DNA from: Mobula hypostoma
Taxonomy: Eukaryota
NCBI RefSeq assembly: GCF_963921235.1
Contig: NC_086097.1
Span: forward strand, 107,014,001-107,078,000
Length of the DNA: 64,000 nt
Direction: 5' to 3'
The stretch's first letter is position 1; each line of letters begins with the position of its first letter. The notes below the pieces were generated by a model. The model was not told the origin of the DNA. It searched no databases and saw only the letters and a list, made by a program, of their open reading frames with translations. A program made the position numbers and the translations under genes. Below, piece by piece: positions 60,881-64,000 of this stretch.

Positions 60881-62044
60881 ATGAAGCAACAGAAAGCTCC
60901 AAAGAACGAAAAATACAAAAAGGCTGCTGGCATGTTGAGCTGCATCTGAAATGGGATAGGAATTGTCACTGTTTCAGGTTAAAACAGTGACATTCTTTGA
61001 AATAGGGTCTGATACACTGCTTCATTCGGAAAGGTTTGCAACCCCCCCCCCCACAGATATTGTTCGACCCAGACAGAGTTCTCCCAGCAGTTTGCATTTT
61101 TATGCCTGTTTCCAGCACTCTGCAGTGTCTTCCATCTCAGCTCTCATGAGATCTTGAGCACAAGGTTCAAGAAACAGTAAGTGCAGACTTTAATTTAATT
61201 CAAATGATAGTCCATCTACCCAATGACCTCAGGAATTAGGCAGTCAGATAAATAATGAGCATGATTTCATGCCTACTTATAAGACCTACTGAAAATGGAA
61301 GTAACTTAAGGATAGTTGCAGTCCCTGCTTTCAATACTGTTTGACAGCACGGAAAAATCAAGATACTAAAGATTAGAGGATCCAGAACAGAAGTATGGAA
61401 TCCGAGGGCATACAAGTCATGATGAACTTTTGTAAAACACTAGTATGGCCGCAAATGGAACATCATATCTAGTTTTGAGCTTTCAAAGATACGTACAGAC
61501 TTTAGAAAGTTCTGAAGAGATTTAATAAAATGATTCTAGGGATAAAAGACTTCTACTACATGGATAAATTGGTGAAGCCAGGGTTGCTGCAAGGGAGTCC
61601 AAAAGAGGTATTAAACATGGTGAAGGGTATAGAATATATGGTGAGGTATGGAGAAATGAACTGGGAGTGAAACTAGCTGGAGCATCAGTATTGACAGAAA
61701 AATTCTGTGATTTTCTCATTGAATCTCTAAAATAGAACAGATGAGAGCAATTACAATAGATCTGAAATAAAATCTGGGTGGCAAAAACAATGAACATGAA
61801 ACTAGTGGTGTTCACTGATGTCCTCAGGGGGAAAAAATTGCCTTCCTCACTGATTTGTAACTCCTAACCCCCACTAATACGGCTGAATCTCAGCTACCAT
61901 CATAAACAGCCCTCAACTCACAAATCTGGAAAAGGATGCTGCTTACACAATAGTAATAAAAGTAAAGAGACCACTAGTACCAACCTGGACATCAGAAACA
62001 GCAAAGTCATATCACCTCTGCAGAGTTCTCTTCACCTGATGTTA

Positions 62045-62298
62045 ATGCACTGCAGTGTCATAGGGGCTAACATGACTAACATACACGGGGCGCCAGAGGT
62101 TGGAGTTCAGTTCTGACATCATCTGTATATCCTCCCAATAGAAACCCCGGGTGCTCCGGTTTCCTCCCACAGACCAAAGACGTTCCAGTTAGTAGGTTAA
62201 TTGGTTATTATAATTGTCCCGTGACTAGGGTTAAATCAGGGACTGCTGGGCAGTGTGGTTCAAAGGGCCAGAAAAGCAAATCTCAATAAATAAATAAA
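62045..62298 (+). mobile_element. V-SINE (HE1-like)
   Basis: V-domain-like core ccgggtgctccggtttcctcccaca..caaagacgt...gtaggttaattgg; (AATA)n tail. Confidence 0.7.
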
Positions 62299-63619
62299 AG
62301 TAGGAGAGCTATCACACTGTCACTATCAATCTGACTGAATCCCTTTAATAGAACCTTCCATACCAGTGTATGTCCAAGACTCCCCCATCGCCATCTATGA
62401 TACACCCTTCAGCAAGGCATGCCTGCATGTAGTCATAAAGGAATGGGTTTTAATGTCCTCAATATTGCCTCCAGATCCCATTAAGTCTCATGGCATTGTA
62501 TCAAAAACAAGCAAAGGAATAGCTTAATTGCATCACTCTAATTTATCTAATGAGTCAATATTCATTATATGCTAAAAAAAATACTTGTAAGGGCACAGAA
62601 TGTACTCCAATTTGGTGGACATTTGGAGAAGATATTACCAACTTATTTAGCCAGTTTGTTACTAATTGGGTCAACATGATGAGAGATCAAACTCATAGGG
62701 AAGTTGTATTCAAACTCATCAATTTACCTAACATACATGAATTTGACCACAATGGCTGCCCTAGGGTTCTCACCATCACAGAAGTTAAATTTTAGCTGAT
62801 CCAATAATTCTACCTGGTGTCTGGAAATGACTGAATTATCCAAAGCATAGTCTCCAACAATATTCCAGCATTAATGTTAATGGAAAGAGTTTACCATGGC
62901 CATCACATCAGACCAATGTGGAAAATGGTTGCATACACCCTGCAAAAAAAAAGAAAATCATTCACACCACTTAGCAATGAGGCAGCAGAGGAATGAAAAG
63001 TAACAAAAACTGTGAGATCAAATGTCACACAGCAATTGCTGGGTGTGCCTGAGCCACTAAACTTCAGACCTATAGCTTTGGTACAAACATGAACAAAAAC
63101 CTGAATTGCGAATGTGAGGTGAAAGTGATACTCCGACATCAGGGCACCATTTGACAAAATGGTACTAGGGAGCCAGCATATAATTGAAGTTAATGCAAAT
63201 CAAAGAAAAATATTCACTGACTGGAGTCATTGTTGCCAGAGAGATAGGACATGATTGACATGAAACATCATTGCAAGAGTTCCTCAGTGGAGTGTCTTAC
63301 ACAGAACTATTTTAGTCTACTTCACAGTCTTCAACTCAAGGTTTCATCTCAAAACAAAGCCTTAATTTCCATTCATAATTAAATATACATTGCAAGACCG
63401 CAACAACCTAGAACCAATAAGCAGCCAGTAGCATGCAGAGTTAAAAACTATCAAATGGTATGAAAGACAAAGAGAATTTGGACTGCCTATGCAGTTCCTT
63501 AAAAGAAAGTATGAGAGATCAGAGATGGCATGCTTGCCTTTATTAGTTTCAGTATTGAGTATATGAAGAAGGAAGTTATACTCCAATTGTGCACAGCAAT
63601 AGTTTGAATGTTGTACATG

Positions 63620-63835
63620 AAAATTTTTAAAAACTATAGACAGTGGAAATCTGAAATAAAAACAGAAAATCTGGAAATACTCAGCTGGTCAGGCATCAGT
63701 GGAAAAATAAAAGGAGTTAATGCTTCATATCCAAGACTCTTTGTTAGGACAGAAGGGTCTTAGACCTGAAATGTTAGCTTCTCTTTCCACAAATGATGTC
63801 CAACTTGCTGAGCAATTCCAGCACTTTCTGTTCTT
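63620..63835. mobile_element. Old, decayed palindromic mini-PLE
   Basis: acagaaaatctggaaatactcagc ... aagactctttgttaggac|agaagggtcttagacctgaaatgtta ... gctgagcaattccagcactttctgt. Confidence 0.6.
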
Positions 63836-64000
63836 GAACACTGTAGTTCCAGCCAACATATTAGATACAAGAAAAATATGATAGCAGTGAATAAGGTGTA
63901 CAGAGACCTATGAAGAGGTTACCAGCACCAGAGAAATTCAGCTATGAACAAAGATCAAATCTGCTTGGGTTGTTTACTCTGGAATGAAAAAAAGGATAAA

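Noticed and set aside
63604..63845. TSD for the oldest mini-palindrome (ttgaatgttgta / ttgaacactgta)
   Set aside because: Three mismatches in 12 bp; not distinguishable from chance

Overview
Vertebrate nuclear DNA made almost entirely of transposable elements. A cartilaginous fish, probably a ray, is inferred from CR1 dominance, an HE1/V-SINE-like element and abundant Neptune-type Penelope elements. I recognise no host gene, so the window is intergenic or intronic. Contents: many nested CR1 LINEs, Rex1/Babar, RTE and L1 fragments, a decayed Gypsy LTR element with three nested insertions, Tigger/pogo elements and MITEs, tRNA-derived and V-type SINEs, and about 12 copies of a Penelope-like (RT + GIY-YIG) family. 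The Penelope family is the most interesting signal. Its 3' end carries a minimal hammerhead ribozyme (CTGANGA...GAAAC-GTC). Six copies have 13-15 bp target-site duplications. Several copies are head-to-head fold-backs in which one end has a ~37-40 nt tail and the other has none. Four copies are reduced to ~215-230 bp palindromes whose inversion point lies inside the ribozyme. One 3.2 kb fold-back has a stuttered junction and one arm that is a mosaic of two copies. Family names come from motif recognition, not database searches, and boundaries of degenerate elements are approximate.
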